64,000 bases of DNA from Candidatus Kerfeldbacteria bacterium (GCA_963731735.1 CAVSWO010000002.1:192875-256874); one strand, 5' to 3'; positions 38,049-46,822 are shown, numbered from the stretch's first letter. Numbers and translations: made by a program. The notes: generated by a model not told the origin, from the sequence alone.

Positions 38049-39110
38049 ATGGCGACAAACGAAAAATCAAAATTCATCGATAAAATTTTTCAAACCGCGG
38101 TTGAATCCAGCGCCTCCGACGTACACTTGGTGGCCGGTTTACCGCCGATGCTCCGCATCAACGGTGAGTTAAAACCCCTGAAAGATTACAAGGCCATGAC
38201 GGCTCACGATACGGCCGAGGCCTGTTATTCGATTCTGACCGACCAACAACGGGAGATTTACGATACCGAACGCGAACTCGACCTGGGATACGAACTGGCC
38301 GGACTCTCTCGGTTCCGCGTCAACTTGCATTGGGAAAAGAACAATGCCGGCATGGTGGCTCGCGTCATTTCGAATAAAATCCCGTCGATGGAAGACCTCG
38401 GGATGCCGCCGATCACGTACGACCTGATCCGCCTCAAACAGGGATTGATTCTCGTTACCGGTCCAACCGGAATGGGAAAATCAACCACCCTGGCGGCCAT
38501 GATCGAATTGGTCAATCGCGAACGAAGCGCGAATATCATCACCCTGGAAGATCCGATCGAATTCGTTTATGAGCCAAAAAAGTCGATTATCAAGCAGCGG
38601 CAGCTCGGCACCGACATGATGTCGTTCGCGCAGGGGTTGAAACACGTACTCCGTCAAGATCCGAACGTGATTTTGGTTGGTGAAATGCGTGACTTGGAAA
38701 CTATCGCTTCGACGATTACCTTAGCCGAAACCGGGCACCTGGTCCTCGCTACCCTCCATACGCTCAACGCCGCCCAAACCGTTGATCGTATCATTGATGT
38801 CTTCCCGCCCTATCAACAATCTCAAGTCCGTCTGCAAATTTCACTATTCTTAAAGGGCATTATTTCACAGCAGCTTTTGCCGTCAGCCCAGGGCGGCCGA
38901 GTAGCTTCGCGCGAAGTGCTGATAAACACCCCGGCGATCGCCAACCTCATCCGCGAAAATAAGATCGCTCAGGTGAAAACCGCCATTCAAACCAGCGCCG
39001 AAGAGGGTATGTTCACCATGGATCAAAATATCAAGAAGATGTTTCTGGATGGAGTCATTTCTGAAGAAACAGCCTTGGCGTACATGACAAACCCGAGCGA
39101 ATTGAAATAG
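38049..39110 (+). CDS. pilT: Type IV pilus retraction ATPase PilT
   Basis: Walker A GPTGMGKST, Asp box, Walker B ILVGEMRD, His box and the PilT-specific AIRNLIRE-like motif (AIANLIREN). Confidence 0.9.
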   Translation: MATNEKSKFIDKIFQTAVESSASDVHLVAGLPPMLRINGELKPLKDYKAMTAHDTAEACYSILTDQQREIYDTERELDLGYELAGLSRFRVNLHWEKNNAGMVARVISNKIPSMEDLGMPPITYDLIRLKQGLILVTGPTGMGKSTTLAAMIELVNRERSANIITLEDPIEFVYEPKKSIIKQRQLGTDMMSFAQGLKHVLRQDPNVILVGEMRDLETIASTITLAETGHLVLATLHTLNAAQTVDRIIDVFPPYQQSQVRLQISLFLKGIISQQLLPSAQGGRVASREVLINTPAIANLIRENKIAQVKTAIQTSAEEGMFTMDQNIKKMFLDGVISEETALAYMTNPSELK

Positions 39111-39128
39111 TTTTTCAAAGGACGTTTC

Positions 39129-39160
39129 GGCCGGCCGCCCTTGCGGCCGGCGGTTTGTAT
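39129..39160 (+). terminator. GC-rich hairpin (GGCCGGCCGC-cctt-GCGGCCGGC) followed by TTTGTAT. A second hairpin follows (AACCGC...GCGGTT).
   Basis: Read directly downstream of the pilT stop. Confidence 0.45.
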
Positions 39161-39196
39161 AAAAAAACCGCAGGGCATCCCGCGGTTGTCTGGTTT

Positions 39197-39463
39197 TTAA
39201 ACCGTTTTTCGTAAAGTGCGCACGACATGCATAAATGGCCACCCGCCGAGCATCGCCAGCAAGCCAGCCCCGACCCAAACCAGCGGATCCGCCGGCCAAC
39301 TGTAGCAAAGCCACAGCGCCCAGAACCAGAACAAACAGGCAACTCCCAGACTCGCCAGCCAGTAGCGTTGCATAGATTGAGACAGAACGAACCACCACCC
39401 GACAACTTGCAGCCAAAGATCGCCGACCGGTCGCACGACCACCTCCGAATAAACGTACACCAC
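39197..39463 (-). CDS. Small Trp-rich membrane protein, hypothetical
   Basis: 88-aa ORF with 2-3 TM helices. Several overlapping alternative ORFs exist here, so confidence is low. Confidence 0.35.
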   Translation of the reverse strand: MVYVYSEVVVRPVGDLWLQVVGWWFVLSQSMQRYWLASLGVACLFWFWALWLCYSWPADPLVWVGAGLLAMLGGWPFMHVVRTLRKTV

Positions 39464-39512
39464 AAGACAGCCGGGGAAAACCGACTCAGTCTATCTGACC
39501 GCCCGATGTTTG

Positions 39513-39959
39513 TCAACTATGAAACCAATCGGGTTCGGGAAAGCGCAATTCCCATTGTTCCCAGGGCTGAACATTCATATCAATGTAGCGCAGCCAGGTT
39601 GGAGTAATTCGGAAGAAAATACTGCCCTCAACGAGTTGGTCGGTCATGCTCGGATGTTTCTTCGCAAACAAGGCTTTGGCTTGGTTGACTTCCTCGCCAC
39701 CCAGGGGTTCGGCATAACCGTGATACTGAACCGCGCGCAAATCTTTGGTCATGGCCAGGGCGACTTTGGGGTTCTCCACGAGATTCTCGTATTTTTTGGT
39801 CGGATGTGTCCCGAATAGCAAAGTTAAATTATCGACTTCGGCAAACAAAATCACCGCCGCCGCGGGATTGCCTTTCTTATCAGCGGTGGCAATCACTGCG
39901 GTCGGGTGTTCCGACAGGAAGGTCAGGAGGAGTTGGCGACGTTGGCTGGCTTGATCCAT
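39513..39959 (-). CDS. Pyridoxamine 5'-phosphate oxidase-like FMN-binding split-barrel protein
   Basis: Track ORF 39513..40280 trimmed to the Met (MDQASQRRQLL...) because the upstream part runs across tRNA-Arg and its repeat. PNPOx-like motifs (VIATADKKGNPAAAVILFAEVD, FGTHPTKKYENL). Confidence 0.65.
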   Translation of the reverse strand: MDQASQRRQLLLTFLSEHPTAVIATADKKGNPAAAVILFAEVDNLTLLFGTHPTKKYENLVENPKVALAMTKDLRAVQYHGYAEPLGGEEVNQAKALFAKKHPSMTDQLVEGSIFFRITPTWLRYIDMNVQPWEQWELRFPEPDWFHS

Positions 39960-39988
39960 ATTTCGTAGTCTAGCAAAAATGCCGCCAG

Positions 39989-40017
39989 TTGTCAGATACG
40001 ACCAAATGTGGTAGGTT
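39989..40017 (+). promoter_or_regulatory. Promoter for tRNA-Arg(TCG): TTGTCA-17 bp-TAGGTT
   Basis: Read directly. The -10 box ends about 11 nt before the tRNA 5' end. Confidence 0.4.
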
Positions 40018-40028
40018 CTAGCCTGCTT

Positions 40029-40105
40029 GCGCCCGTAGCTCAGTGGATTAGAGCATTTGGCTTCGGACCAAAGGGTCGGGGGTTCGAGTCCCTCCGGGCG
40101 CACCA
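40029..40105 (+). tRNA. tRNA-Arg (anticodon TCG), CCA encoded
   Basis: Hand-folded: acceptor GCGCCCG/CGGGCGC, D stem GCTC/GAGC, anticodon stem TTTGG/CCAAA with loop CTTCGGA, T arm GGGGG-TTCGAGT-CCCTC. Confidence 0.8.
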
Positions 40106-40236
40106 AATAGGTCGCGAAGCGAATCATAAACATTACCCGAAGAGGGACGAGAAGGGTTGCAGCGCACGAGTCGAGCCGTGCTCGACGAAGCTCGCGATCG
40201 ACGAGTTGCCAGCGGCAAGTCGTCGCAACCCAGGAC

Positions 40237-40258
40237 TCGAGTCCCTCCGGGCGCACCA
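40237..40258 (+). repeat. Exact 22-nt direct repeat (tcgagtccctccgggcgcacca) of the tRNA-Arg(TCG) 3' end (40084-40105), 131 bp downstream
   Basis: Both copies read directly. The intervening 131 bp is GC-rich with nested hairpins (GGGTTGC...GCAACCC, TCGAGC-cgt-GCTCGA). Confidence 0.85.
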
Positions 40259-40291
40259 CTGAACTTTGTTTCACCGACAATTTAATTCACT

Positions 40292-40747
40292 ATGTCATCA
40301 CATATGACGCACAAACCTTTGGCGGTCATGATGCTATATTTGTCCGGACTCGGAGCTATCCTGTCCGGCTACTTATCGTATCAGACACTTTTTCAAACTC
40401 TCGGCTGCGGGCAGTCCTTGATTACCTGCGGCGGAGACCCGGTCCGATTTTTTGGGATTCCGCAATGCGTACTCGGATTCGTGGCTTTCGTAGCGGTCTT
40501 CCTGGTGGCCGGCTTGCTGATCAAATCTTCCGCCCCAAAAAAGTTACTGAATATCCAGTTTTGGTTGAGTCTAGCCGGAACCCTGTTTGCCGGTGGGTTG
40601 TCGTACTATGAACTTTGGATCAAGCTCCCGGCGCCGACAGTCATGCCGGCTTGTGTGTATGGATTCTTCCTGTTTATCGGTGCTGGGCTGGCAGCCTGGT
40701 TGGCGCGGCGCGCACAGCCGGTCCAACCTTCAGCCAGACTAGTCTGA
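40292..40747 (+). CDS. Small 4-TM Cys-containing membrane protein, possibly VKOR/DsbB-like thiol-disulfide oxidoreductase
   Basis: 151-aa ORF. Periplasmic-loop Cys pair CGQSLITC and further conserved-looking Cys (IPQC, PAC). The functional assignment is tentative. Confidence 0.45.
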   Translation: MSSHMTHKPLAVMMLYLSGLGAILSGYLSYQTLFQTLGCGQSLITCGGDPVRFFGIPQCVLGFVAFVAVFLVAGLLIKSSAPKKLLNIQFWLSLAGTLFAGGLSYYELWIKLPAPTVMPACVYGFFLFIGAGLAAWLARRAQPVQPSARLV

Positions 40748-40814
40748 ATCTTGTTTTCCGGCTCTACCTATGGTAGCCTTCGTGCGAAACCACTCGTCTT
40801 TGTGATGCAAAAAT

Positions 40815-40890
40815 CGGGGCGTGGCGCAGTTGGTAGCGCGCCTGCTTTGGGAGCAGGAGGTCGCTGGTTCGAGTCCAGTCGCCCCGACCA
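40815..40890 (+). tRNA. tRNA-Pro (anticodon TGG), CCA encoded
   Basis: Hand-folded: acceptor CGGGGCG/CGCCCCG, anticodon stem CCTGC/GCAGG with loop TTTGGGA, T arm GCTGG-TTCGAGT-CCAGT. Confidence 0.8.
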
Positions 40891-40906
40891 AATACGTTTA
40901 TAACGC

Positions 40907-40932
40907 GCCACGCCTGCTCTGCAGCAGGCGTG
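40907..40932 (-). terminator. Perfect 11-bp hairpin (CCACGCCTGCT-ctgc-AGCAGGCGTGG) downstream of the minus-strand DUF378 gene. Weak U-tract.
   Basis: Inverted repeat read directly. Confidence 0.35.
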
Positions 40933-40959
40933 GATGTCATTCGAAAAAACTGATCGCGA

Positions 40960-41208
40960 TTACACGGTCGGTTGGTTCGGCATTGAAGGCGCAGCCGGTG
41001 CTTTCGAGCCACCACCCATGGTGAAGGCGCGAACGAGCGACCACAGCGCGGCTAAGCCGACGATGTCGTAGACGATACGAGCGAGGGTTGAGCCTTCGCC
41101 AAAGATCGAGTCGACCAAATTATATTGGAAGAAACCAACGAGACCCCAGTTGAGGCCACCGATGATGATGAGGATCATAACGATCCAGTCCATAGCGTTC
41201 ATTTTCAC
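40960..41208 (-). CDS. DUF378-family small membrane protein
   Basis: Signature MxxxDWIVMILIIIGGLNWGLVGFFQYNLV typical of the DUF378 family. Confidence 0.6.
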   Translation of the reverse strand: MKMNAMDWIVMILIIIGGLNWGLVGFFQYNLVDSIFGEGSTLARIVYDIVGLAALWSLVRAFTMGGGSKAPAAPSMPNQPTV

Positions 41209-41300
41209 GTGTTGTCACCCCCTTTCCTTGTTCGCGGATTCTGAACTTCAGTATACCACAAAAGCGGCAAAAACTGCTGTTGAAAAGTTTGTTCCAGAAA

Positions 41301-43037
41301 CTATTGAAGAGGCACGACCGTGCACTTGCCGTCTTGCGAACAGGCTAAGCCTGGCGATGCACCGCTGCCGAAGGTCGCCGCGTAGACGCGGGCTCCGCCA
41401 TTCGGAAAGCTCAAAGTTACCTGATGTTCGCCTGGACTGCCAAAATTTGCGATTTGGTAAATGGTCGGTTCATCAATACTGGCGGCGCTGATCGCATATT
41501 GCGCGCCTGATTGTCCGTCAATCGTTACATTCAGCGGTACGGTGGCCTTGACCGCGCTCATAACCACGTACACCTGTTGTGCTTGAATGTGCAGGTCAAG
41601 ACTCGCCCTTGGCTCGGCCTGACTATATTCGGGTTGCACGGTCCAGGCACCTTGCAGGGTCCAAGCATGCAATGCTAGGTTCGCGTTGGGTGTGTACTCG
41701 TGCAATTGGCCGGTAACTAATCCGTTACCTGGCACGAAGCGTTCAGCTCGGTCGGATCCAAAATAGGTTTCCGGGGTTTGTCCAGCCACATAGGGAACCT
41801 GGGCTGAAGCTAAAACATCGCGACTGACCGCATGACCGGCTTCACGCAGCAACTGCTGTATTGCCTTTTCGGTCGTGTCATACTCACCTTCCCCAAAGTG
41901 CGTATACCGGATATGCCCCCGCGCATCAATCAAATATTCGGCTGGCCAGTAGTGATTTTGGTAGGCCGTCCAAGTTCCGTAATTCGGATCGAGGGCGACC
42001 GGATAGGTAATCTGAAAATCTTTGACGGCTTTTTCAACATTGGCCGGTACTTTTTCAAATTCAAATTCCGGCGTATGAACCGCCAGAATGGTAAATCCCT
42101 GATCATGATAGGTGTCATACCAGGACTGCACATAGGGCAGCGTCCGGATGCAGTTGATGCATGAGTAGGTCCAGAATTTGATGAGCACCACCTGGCCTCG
42201 CAAATCAGCCAAACTGGTCGGTTGGCTATTAATCCAACCGGTGATGCCTGTTAATTCTGGAGCGACGCCCAAATCCTTTAAACTCGAACTATTTTCCGTG
42301 GCGGTTTGGCTGGCAGTATGCAAATCGACCTGATCTTCAAATTTTTGCAAATTCGGCAGCCAGTTTGGGGTGCGTTGGATCAGCCAGCTTTGAAAATTCC
42401 GATCCGAGCCCGTCAGCATCAAAAGCGCCAGACCGATCAATAAAACGCCGAAAATTTGTTGCACCCGATTCAGGCGTCGGTTTAGCCACCGAACCCGATC
42501 CAAAATTCGTTGCCCCAGGGCCGCAATTAAACCCATCGGCAAAGCGGCGCCGATCGCGTAGGCGATCGTGACGGCCGTTAAGCGGCCGTCGACCTGCCCG
42601 GTCTGCGCCGCCGCCACCACGCTGGCTAAAATCGGGCCGGCGCATGGCGTCCAAACCGCGCCCAAGGATATGCCGAGAATAAATCCGCCGGCAAAACCGG
42701 GACGACTGGATTGTCCTGAATGACTGAGCTTGGCGCTCATCCAGCCTTCAAACTTGTCGAGGGCGTTGGGAATCAGGAATAGTATGCCCAGCCCGGCTAA
42801 TACCGCGATGCCGAAATTTCGGGCAAAGTTTGGCGACAGGCCAAGTTGCTGAACGGCCCAGGACAGCGCCAACGTAAATACGGAAAAAGACAGAACCACG
42901 CCCAGGATGATCCCCCAGGGTCGCGCTTTGCCTTGGACCGCACCGCCCGACAAGACAATCGGCAACACCGGCAATATACACGGCGCTAATATCGTTACCA
43001 GGCCGGCCGCGAAGGCAAATAGGAGAATCAACAACAT
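41301..43037 (-). CDS. Fusion protein: CcdA/DsbD-like transmembrane electron-transfer domain plus periplasmic TlpA/ResA-like thioredoxin domain plus C-terminal beta-rich domain
   Basis: CcdA-type motif WTPCAGPILASV in the TM domain. Thioredoxin-fold WTYSCINCIRTLPYVQSWYD...ILAVHTPEFEFEK. Confidence 0.75.
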   Translation of the reverse strand: MLLILLFAFAAGLVTILAPCILPVLPIVLSGGAVQGKARPWGIILGVVLSFSVFTLALSWAVQQLGLSPNFARNFGIAVLAGLGILFLIPNALDKFEGWMSAKLSHSGQSSRPGFAGGFILGISLGAVWTPCAGPILASVVAAAQTGQVDGRLTAVTIAYAIGAALPMGLIAALGQRILDRVRWLNRRLNRVQQIFGVLLIGLALLMLTGSDRNFQSWLIQRTPNWLPNLQKFEDQVDLHTASQTATENSSSLKDLGVAPELTGITGWINSQPTSLADLRGQVVLIKFWTYSCINCIRTLPYVQSWYDTYHDQGFTILAVHTPEFEFEKVPANVEKAVKDFQITYPVALDPNYGTWTAYQNHYWPAEYLIDARGHIRYTHFGEGEYDTTEKAIQQLLREAGHAVSRDVLASAQVPYVAGQTPETYFGSDRAERFVPGNGLVTGQLHEYTPNANLALHAWTLQGAWTVQPEYSQAEPRASLDLHIQAQQVYVVMSAVKATVPLNVTIDGQSGAQYAISAASIDEPTIYQIANFGSPGEHQVTLSFPNGGARVYAATFGSGASPGLACSQDGKCTVVPLQ

Positions 43038-43039
43038 GG

Positions 43040-43570
43040 CTAGATCAATTCTCCCGCGATGGCCGCCGCGTCAGTTGAGCCGCTCCAAAGTTTCATAGTA
43101 TTCCCGGCGCTATCAACTTGCACGAAGGTGTGCTGATACGTAATACCATACCGCTGCTTCAAGGCAGTGGCCGTATCATAATCAACTTTCAGAATCGTCA
43201 GTCCGGCCGGCAAACTCGACAAATGTTGGCGAATGCTCGGTTCAAGCGCCTGGCAAATTGGGCACCAGTCGGCGTGGAAATACAAAACGGTTTGTCCGGG
43301 CTCGCTTTCCGCCTTGGTTAACGCTGCCGGCGTGTACTCCACATATCTGGCCGATGGGAGCGTGGCCGACGTGTCCTGATTGTTTGCGTTCGTCCCTGCG
43401 TGAATATCCGACGGACCGGGATCGACAATATTCTTATCCGACGGCAACTGATACTGGTTAGTGTTTGCATTGTGTTGTGTCGCTGGCCGTTCACGCGTCA
43501 TCCCATAGGCGATGAGACTACCAATCATCAGCACCGCGACAACCAAGGCTATAATGTATTTTGATTTCAT
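43040..43570 (-). CDS. Membrane-anchored thioredoxin-like protein (WCPIC active site)
   Basis: N-terminal TM anchor. VLYFHADWCPICQALEP thioredoxin motif. Confidence 0.75.
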   Translation of the reverse strand: MKSKYIIALVVAVLMIGSLIAYGMTRERPATQHNANTNQYQLPSDKNIVDPGPSDIHAGTNANNQDTSATLPSARYVEYTPAALTKAESEPGQTVLYFHADWCPICQALEPSIRQHLSSLPAGLTILKVDYDTATALKQRYGITYQHTFVQVDSAGNTMKLWSGSTDAAAIAGELI

Positions 43571-43583
43571 AATATGCTGATGA

Positions 43584-43943
43584 TTAATGATGACGCTGAC
43601 TGAACCAACGGCCGGCTAGTTTACCGATGACCAGGGCGGCCATGGTGACTACTGTCCACGGTTCGACGTTCCGGGATATGGTTTGATACAGCAAAATGCC
43701 GGTTAACGCCGCCGCCACGGACAGAAAGGCCACGTGGCTGGAACGATAATGAATCATTTCGTCGCGTTCATCCGGGTGCGGTTTTTCAAACAGGGCAACC
43801 GCCACCAAGATAACCGCCACCATGCCGAAGGCGAGGCTCCAAACATCCGGCAAGTGCATGCTCGGCACCTCCATGGCCAAGAGTTCCATTCCGATTGCGC
43901 CAATTGTAACCACAATGTATTTCCGCATACGCGTTATTTCCAA
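43584..43943 (-). CDS. Small 3-4 TM membrane protein of the type usually paired with XRE regulators (DUF2178-like)
   Basis: 119-aa hydrophobic ORF whose start overlaps the XRE gene stop. Confidence 0.5.
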   Translation of the reverse strand: MEITRMRKYIVVTIGAIGMELLAMEVPSMHLPDVWSLAFGMVAVILVAVALFEKPHPDERDEMIHYRSSHVAFLSVAAALTGILLYQTISRNVEPWTVVTMAALVIGKLAGRWFSQRHH

Positions 43944-44137
43944 TAAAATAATCCTTCCACCTGTGTTTGGAAGATTTTGGCCGCCTCCAGGGCCAGGGCG
44001 ACCGACGGTGTGTAGTTTCCCTTTTCAATCGCCACCACCGTTTGGCGGCTGACGCCCAAGTGTTCGGCCAAGGTGTCTTGGGTCATTCCCCGGGCTTCAC
44101 GGAATTCGCGGATGCGACTCATAAACATACGGGCCAT
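43934..44137 (-). CDS. XRE-family helix-turn-helix transcriptional regulator (Cro/CI-type)
   Basis: HTH LTQDTLAEHLGVSRQTVVAIEKG in a 67-aa product. Confidence 0.8.
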   Translation of the reverse strand: MARMFMSRIREFREARGMTQDTLAEHLGVSRQTVVAIEKGNYTPSVALALEAAKIFQTQVEGLFYWK

Positions 44138-44189
44138 AGATCTAGTCTATGGCGAATGCGTTATGATGTCAAGTTAACTTGACAGGCGA

Positions 44190-45464
44190 TTATCGCAAAT
44201 AGGTCAGATAAACGTAGCCGGTGCAAAGCAGCAGGCCCACGGCCGTGATCGGTACCGCCACCTTCAGGTATTCCATAAAACTGATTGGGTGACCTTCGCG
44301 ATGGGCTATCCCGCTGACCACCACGTTGGCAGAAGCGCCGACGATTGTGGCGTTGCCGCCAATGTCGGCACCCAACGCCAGCGCCCACCATAGCGGCGTC
44401 AGCGACAAGTGTGACAAGGAACCTAAATTCTGAATCAAAGGAATCATGGTAGCTACGAACGGAATATTATCAACGATGGCTGATAAGAAGGCTGAACCCC
44501 AAAGCACCGTCAGCGTCGTCGGGACCTGCGCACCACCGGTCAGGTGCAGCAAACCTTCGGCCATCATCTTAATCGCTCCGACGTGTTCCAAGCCGGTCAC
44601 CAGTACAAACAACCCGGTGAAGAAAAATATGGTGGTCCATTCAACTTCTCGCAGGTGATGTTCCGGGTCATTCAGCGTCAGCAGGAACATTAAAGCGGCG
44701 CCGGCTAAGGCAATCGTGGCGCCTTCCAAATGCGTCAGGTTGTGGGTCACAAATCCGGCCAGCACTAAACCGATCGTGATTAATGATTTGACTAATAATT
44801 TCTTGTCGGTGATGGCTTCACGTGGATTAAATTTCATGATCGTTTCTGATGCGCCGGGATGCATTACCATGCTTTTGCGGTACCATAGCCACAGCATGCC
44901 CAGCGTCGCAGCGGTGACGAGCAAAGAAATCGGCGCCAGGTGGATCAAAAAATCATTAAACGTTAAGTCCGCCGCGCTGCCAATCAAAATATTCGGCGGG
45001 TCACCGATTAAGGTAGCTGTTCCCCCGATGTTGGAAAGTAGGATCGTCCCGATTAGGAAGGGTTTAGGATTGAGGCGCAGGTTGTTGGCGATCACGAACG
45101 TAACCGGCACCATCAGCAGCACGGTGGTGACGTTGTCGAGCAAGGCCGAAAATAATGCCACCGTCAGGCCCAGCAATAAAAAAATTGGAACCGGTTTTCC
45201 CTTGCCAACGCGCGATACCCAAATTGCCACCGCCTGGAACATGCCCGAATCTTTGGCAATCCCGACAATCACCATCATCCCGATTAACAACCCTAAGGTG
45301 TTAAAATCTATGCCGGCAATCGCCGCTTCCTGATGCACGATGCCAAGCAGAATCATCAACATCGCGCCGGTCAGGGCGATAACGGTCCGGTGAATACGTT
45401 CGGAAATAATGATGACGTAGGACGCCAGAAAGACGCCAACCGCCACCCAGAACAGGGGGCTCAT
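44190..45464 (-). CDS. ArsB/NhaD-superfamily ion transporter (anion permease / Na+-H+ antiporter-like)
   Basis: 424 aa, about 12 TM, with duplicated halves carrying LDNVTT and VDNIP motifs and the IGDPPN loop characteristic of this superfamily. Confidence 0.7.
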   Translation of the reverse strand: MSPLFWVAVGVFLASYVIIISERIHRTVIALTGAMLMILLGIVHQEAAIAGIDFNTLGLLIGMMVIVGIAKDSGMFQAVAIWVSRVGKGKPVPIFLLLGLTVALFSALLDNVTTVLLMVPVTFVIANNLRLNPKPFLIGTILLSNIGGTATLIGDPPNILIGSAADLTFNDFLIHLAPISLLVTAATLGMLWLWYRKSMVMHPGASETIMKFNPREAITDKKLLVKSLITIGLVLAGFVTHNLTHLEGATIALAGAALMFLLTLNDPEHHLREVEWTTIFFFTGLFVLVTGLEHVGAIKMMAEGLLHLTGGAQVPTTLTVLWGSAFLSAIVDNIPFVATMIPLIQNLGSLSHLSLTPLWWALALGADIGGNATIVGASANVVVSGIAHREGHPISFMEYLKVAVPITAVGLLLCTGYVYLTYLR

Positions 45465-45471
45465 GAAAAGT

Positions 45472-45948
45472 TTACTTGGGTTTGATTACAAAAACGTCGT
45501 GAATCGCTTGTTTCAGGTTGGTTCGGCCGATGTACCCGATCAGTTTGCCATCATCGTCCACGACTGGGAGTTGATTTATCCCGTGTTCAGTCAACAAGGT
45601 CGCGGCTTCAATCAGGGTGTGTTTCACACCAATGGTTTTGACGTCTTTGGTCATCGATTGACTGACCGGATCGTCGGCAATCGCCTGAACCCGGCGCACA
45701 AAAACGTTGCGGGCCTCAAACGCCGCGACATGTTTATCCGTTTCGAGGTAATCTGGCACGATGTATTTGACGATGTCGATCGTCGATAACATACCTTTCA
45801 CCCGTTGCTGCGCATCCACGACTACCAGACTGTTGGTTCGGGTTTCAAGAAACTTTGCGATTGCATCGCGCGTCGTGGCCTGTTCATTGATGGTGACCAC
45901 CACCCGCTGCATGTAATTTTCAACCGTATAGCGTTCGGAACCTGGCAT
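45472..45948 (-). CDS. CBS-pair domain protein
   Basis: Two CBS motifs (VVTINEQATTRDAI... and VKTIGVKHTLIEAATLLTEHGINQLPVVDDDGKLIGYI). Track ORF 45472..46125 begins with TTG; I trimmed it to Met60 by arithmetic. Confidence 0.6.
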   Translation of the reverse strand: MPGSERYTVENYMQRVVVTINEQATTRDAIAKFLETRTNSLVVVDAQQRVKGMLSTIDIVKYIVPDYLETDKHVAAFEARNVFVRRVQAIADDPVSQSMTKDVKTIGVKHTLIEAATLLTEHGINQLPVVDDDGKLIGYIGRTNLKQAIHDVFVIKPK

Positions 45949-46409
45949 AAAAAATAGAAATTCGGATTTCCGGTCAGACCGGATTCGGAAGTATACTCGG
46001 TCGCATTGCCTTTGGCAAGGGCTCGGATACTCCGGTCCACAACCTAAAGAAAAAAGCGCACAAATATTCATGTGCGCTTCGGACGGAGTGAGCTGCGGCC
46101 CAAAATTGACGGGCGGCAGTGACAATGGGGATTGGTGCAGACTTCAGCGTGCTTGAGATGGCTGCCGGTTTCACCGGTTCGCGCTTCGCGATCGATATCG
46201 CTGCGCAATTCGGCTTCGGTCGGACAATCCGGTCCAAGTCCCGGGCACTTCCCTGCTTCGGCCATGGGTCCCTCCAACGGGAAAAATGAGCAGCTGGCGC
46301 AAAAGGTAACGGCAACTTTAGCGCGATGGCGTGAATTTGTCAATCCTTCAGGCGCGACCGGTAGCCAGACCGTGATATACTGTTGGACAGAACACGTTTA
46401 TTTGCCTCT

Positions 46410-46763
46410 ATGCCCCGCGGACAGAATCTCTACTTTCGCATCTACGGTGCGGTGCGCCGTATCCCGAAAGGCAAGGTTGCAACCTATGGACAAATTGCTG
46501 CTATGATTCAAGCTCCCCGCTCAGCTAGAATTGTCGGCTGGGCTTTACGCGCGCTCAAACCCGAGAGCCGCATACCATGGCATCGCGTCCTCAATAAGGA
46601 CGGGATGATCTCGATTGAAAATATGCGCACACCGAAGTCTCTCCAGGCAGAACTCTTGAAGCAGGAAGGTGTAACTGTCGACTTTCGAGATGGGAATTTT
46701 TGGGTGGACTTGAAAAAGTTTGGCTTGGGCGGTAGAGTAGAGCCGCCTGCGGGTATCGTATAA
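46410..46763 (+). CDS. Alkyltransferase-like protein (MGMT DNA-binding domain with Trp replacing the active-site Cys: PWHRV; YbaZ/Atl-like)
   Basis: YGQIA...PRSARIVGWAL...IPWHRVLN. The 3' end of the ORF runs about 15 nt into the tRNA-Gly(TCC) gene. Confidence 0.6.
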   Translation: MPRGQNLYFRIYGAVRRIPKGKVATYGQIAAMIQAPRSARIVGWALRALKPESRIPWHRVLNKDGMISIENMRTPKSLQAELLKQEGVTVDFRDGNFWVDLKKFGLGGRVEPPAGIV

Positions 46764-46822
46764 TGGTAATACCTCAGCTTTCCAAGCTGATGCCGGGGGT
46801 TCGATTCCCCCTACCCGCTCCA
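46749..46822 (+). tRNA. tRNA-Gly (anticodon TCC), CCA encoded
   Basis: Hand-folded; near-identical architecture to E. coli glyT (GCGGGTATCGTATAATGG...CCTCAGCTTTCCAAGCTGA...). Anticodon loop TTTCCAA. Confidence 0.8.

Noticed and set aside
39513-40280. Track ORF of 255 aa on the minus strand
   Set aside because: Its N-terminal 107 codons run antisense across tRNA-Arg(TCG) and its 3' direct repeat (the peptide VRPEGLE appears twice as a consequence). Only the C-terminal PNPOx-like part from Met at 39959 is kept.
40821-41024. 67-aa plus-strand ORF
   Set aside because: It lies entirely over tRNA-Pro(TGG) and the hairpin that follows, so it is a translation artefact.
46749-46822. Initial reading of this tRNA as tRNA-Trp(CCA)
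   Set aside because: Re-folding with a proper 5-bp anticodon stem (TCAGC/GCTGA) gives the loop TTTCCAA and anticodon TCC. The sequence is nearly identical in layout to E. coli glyT.
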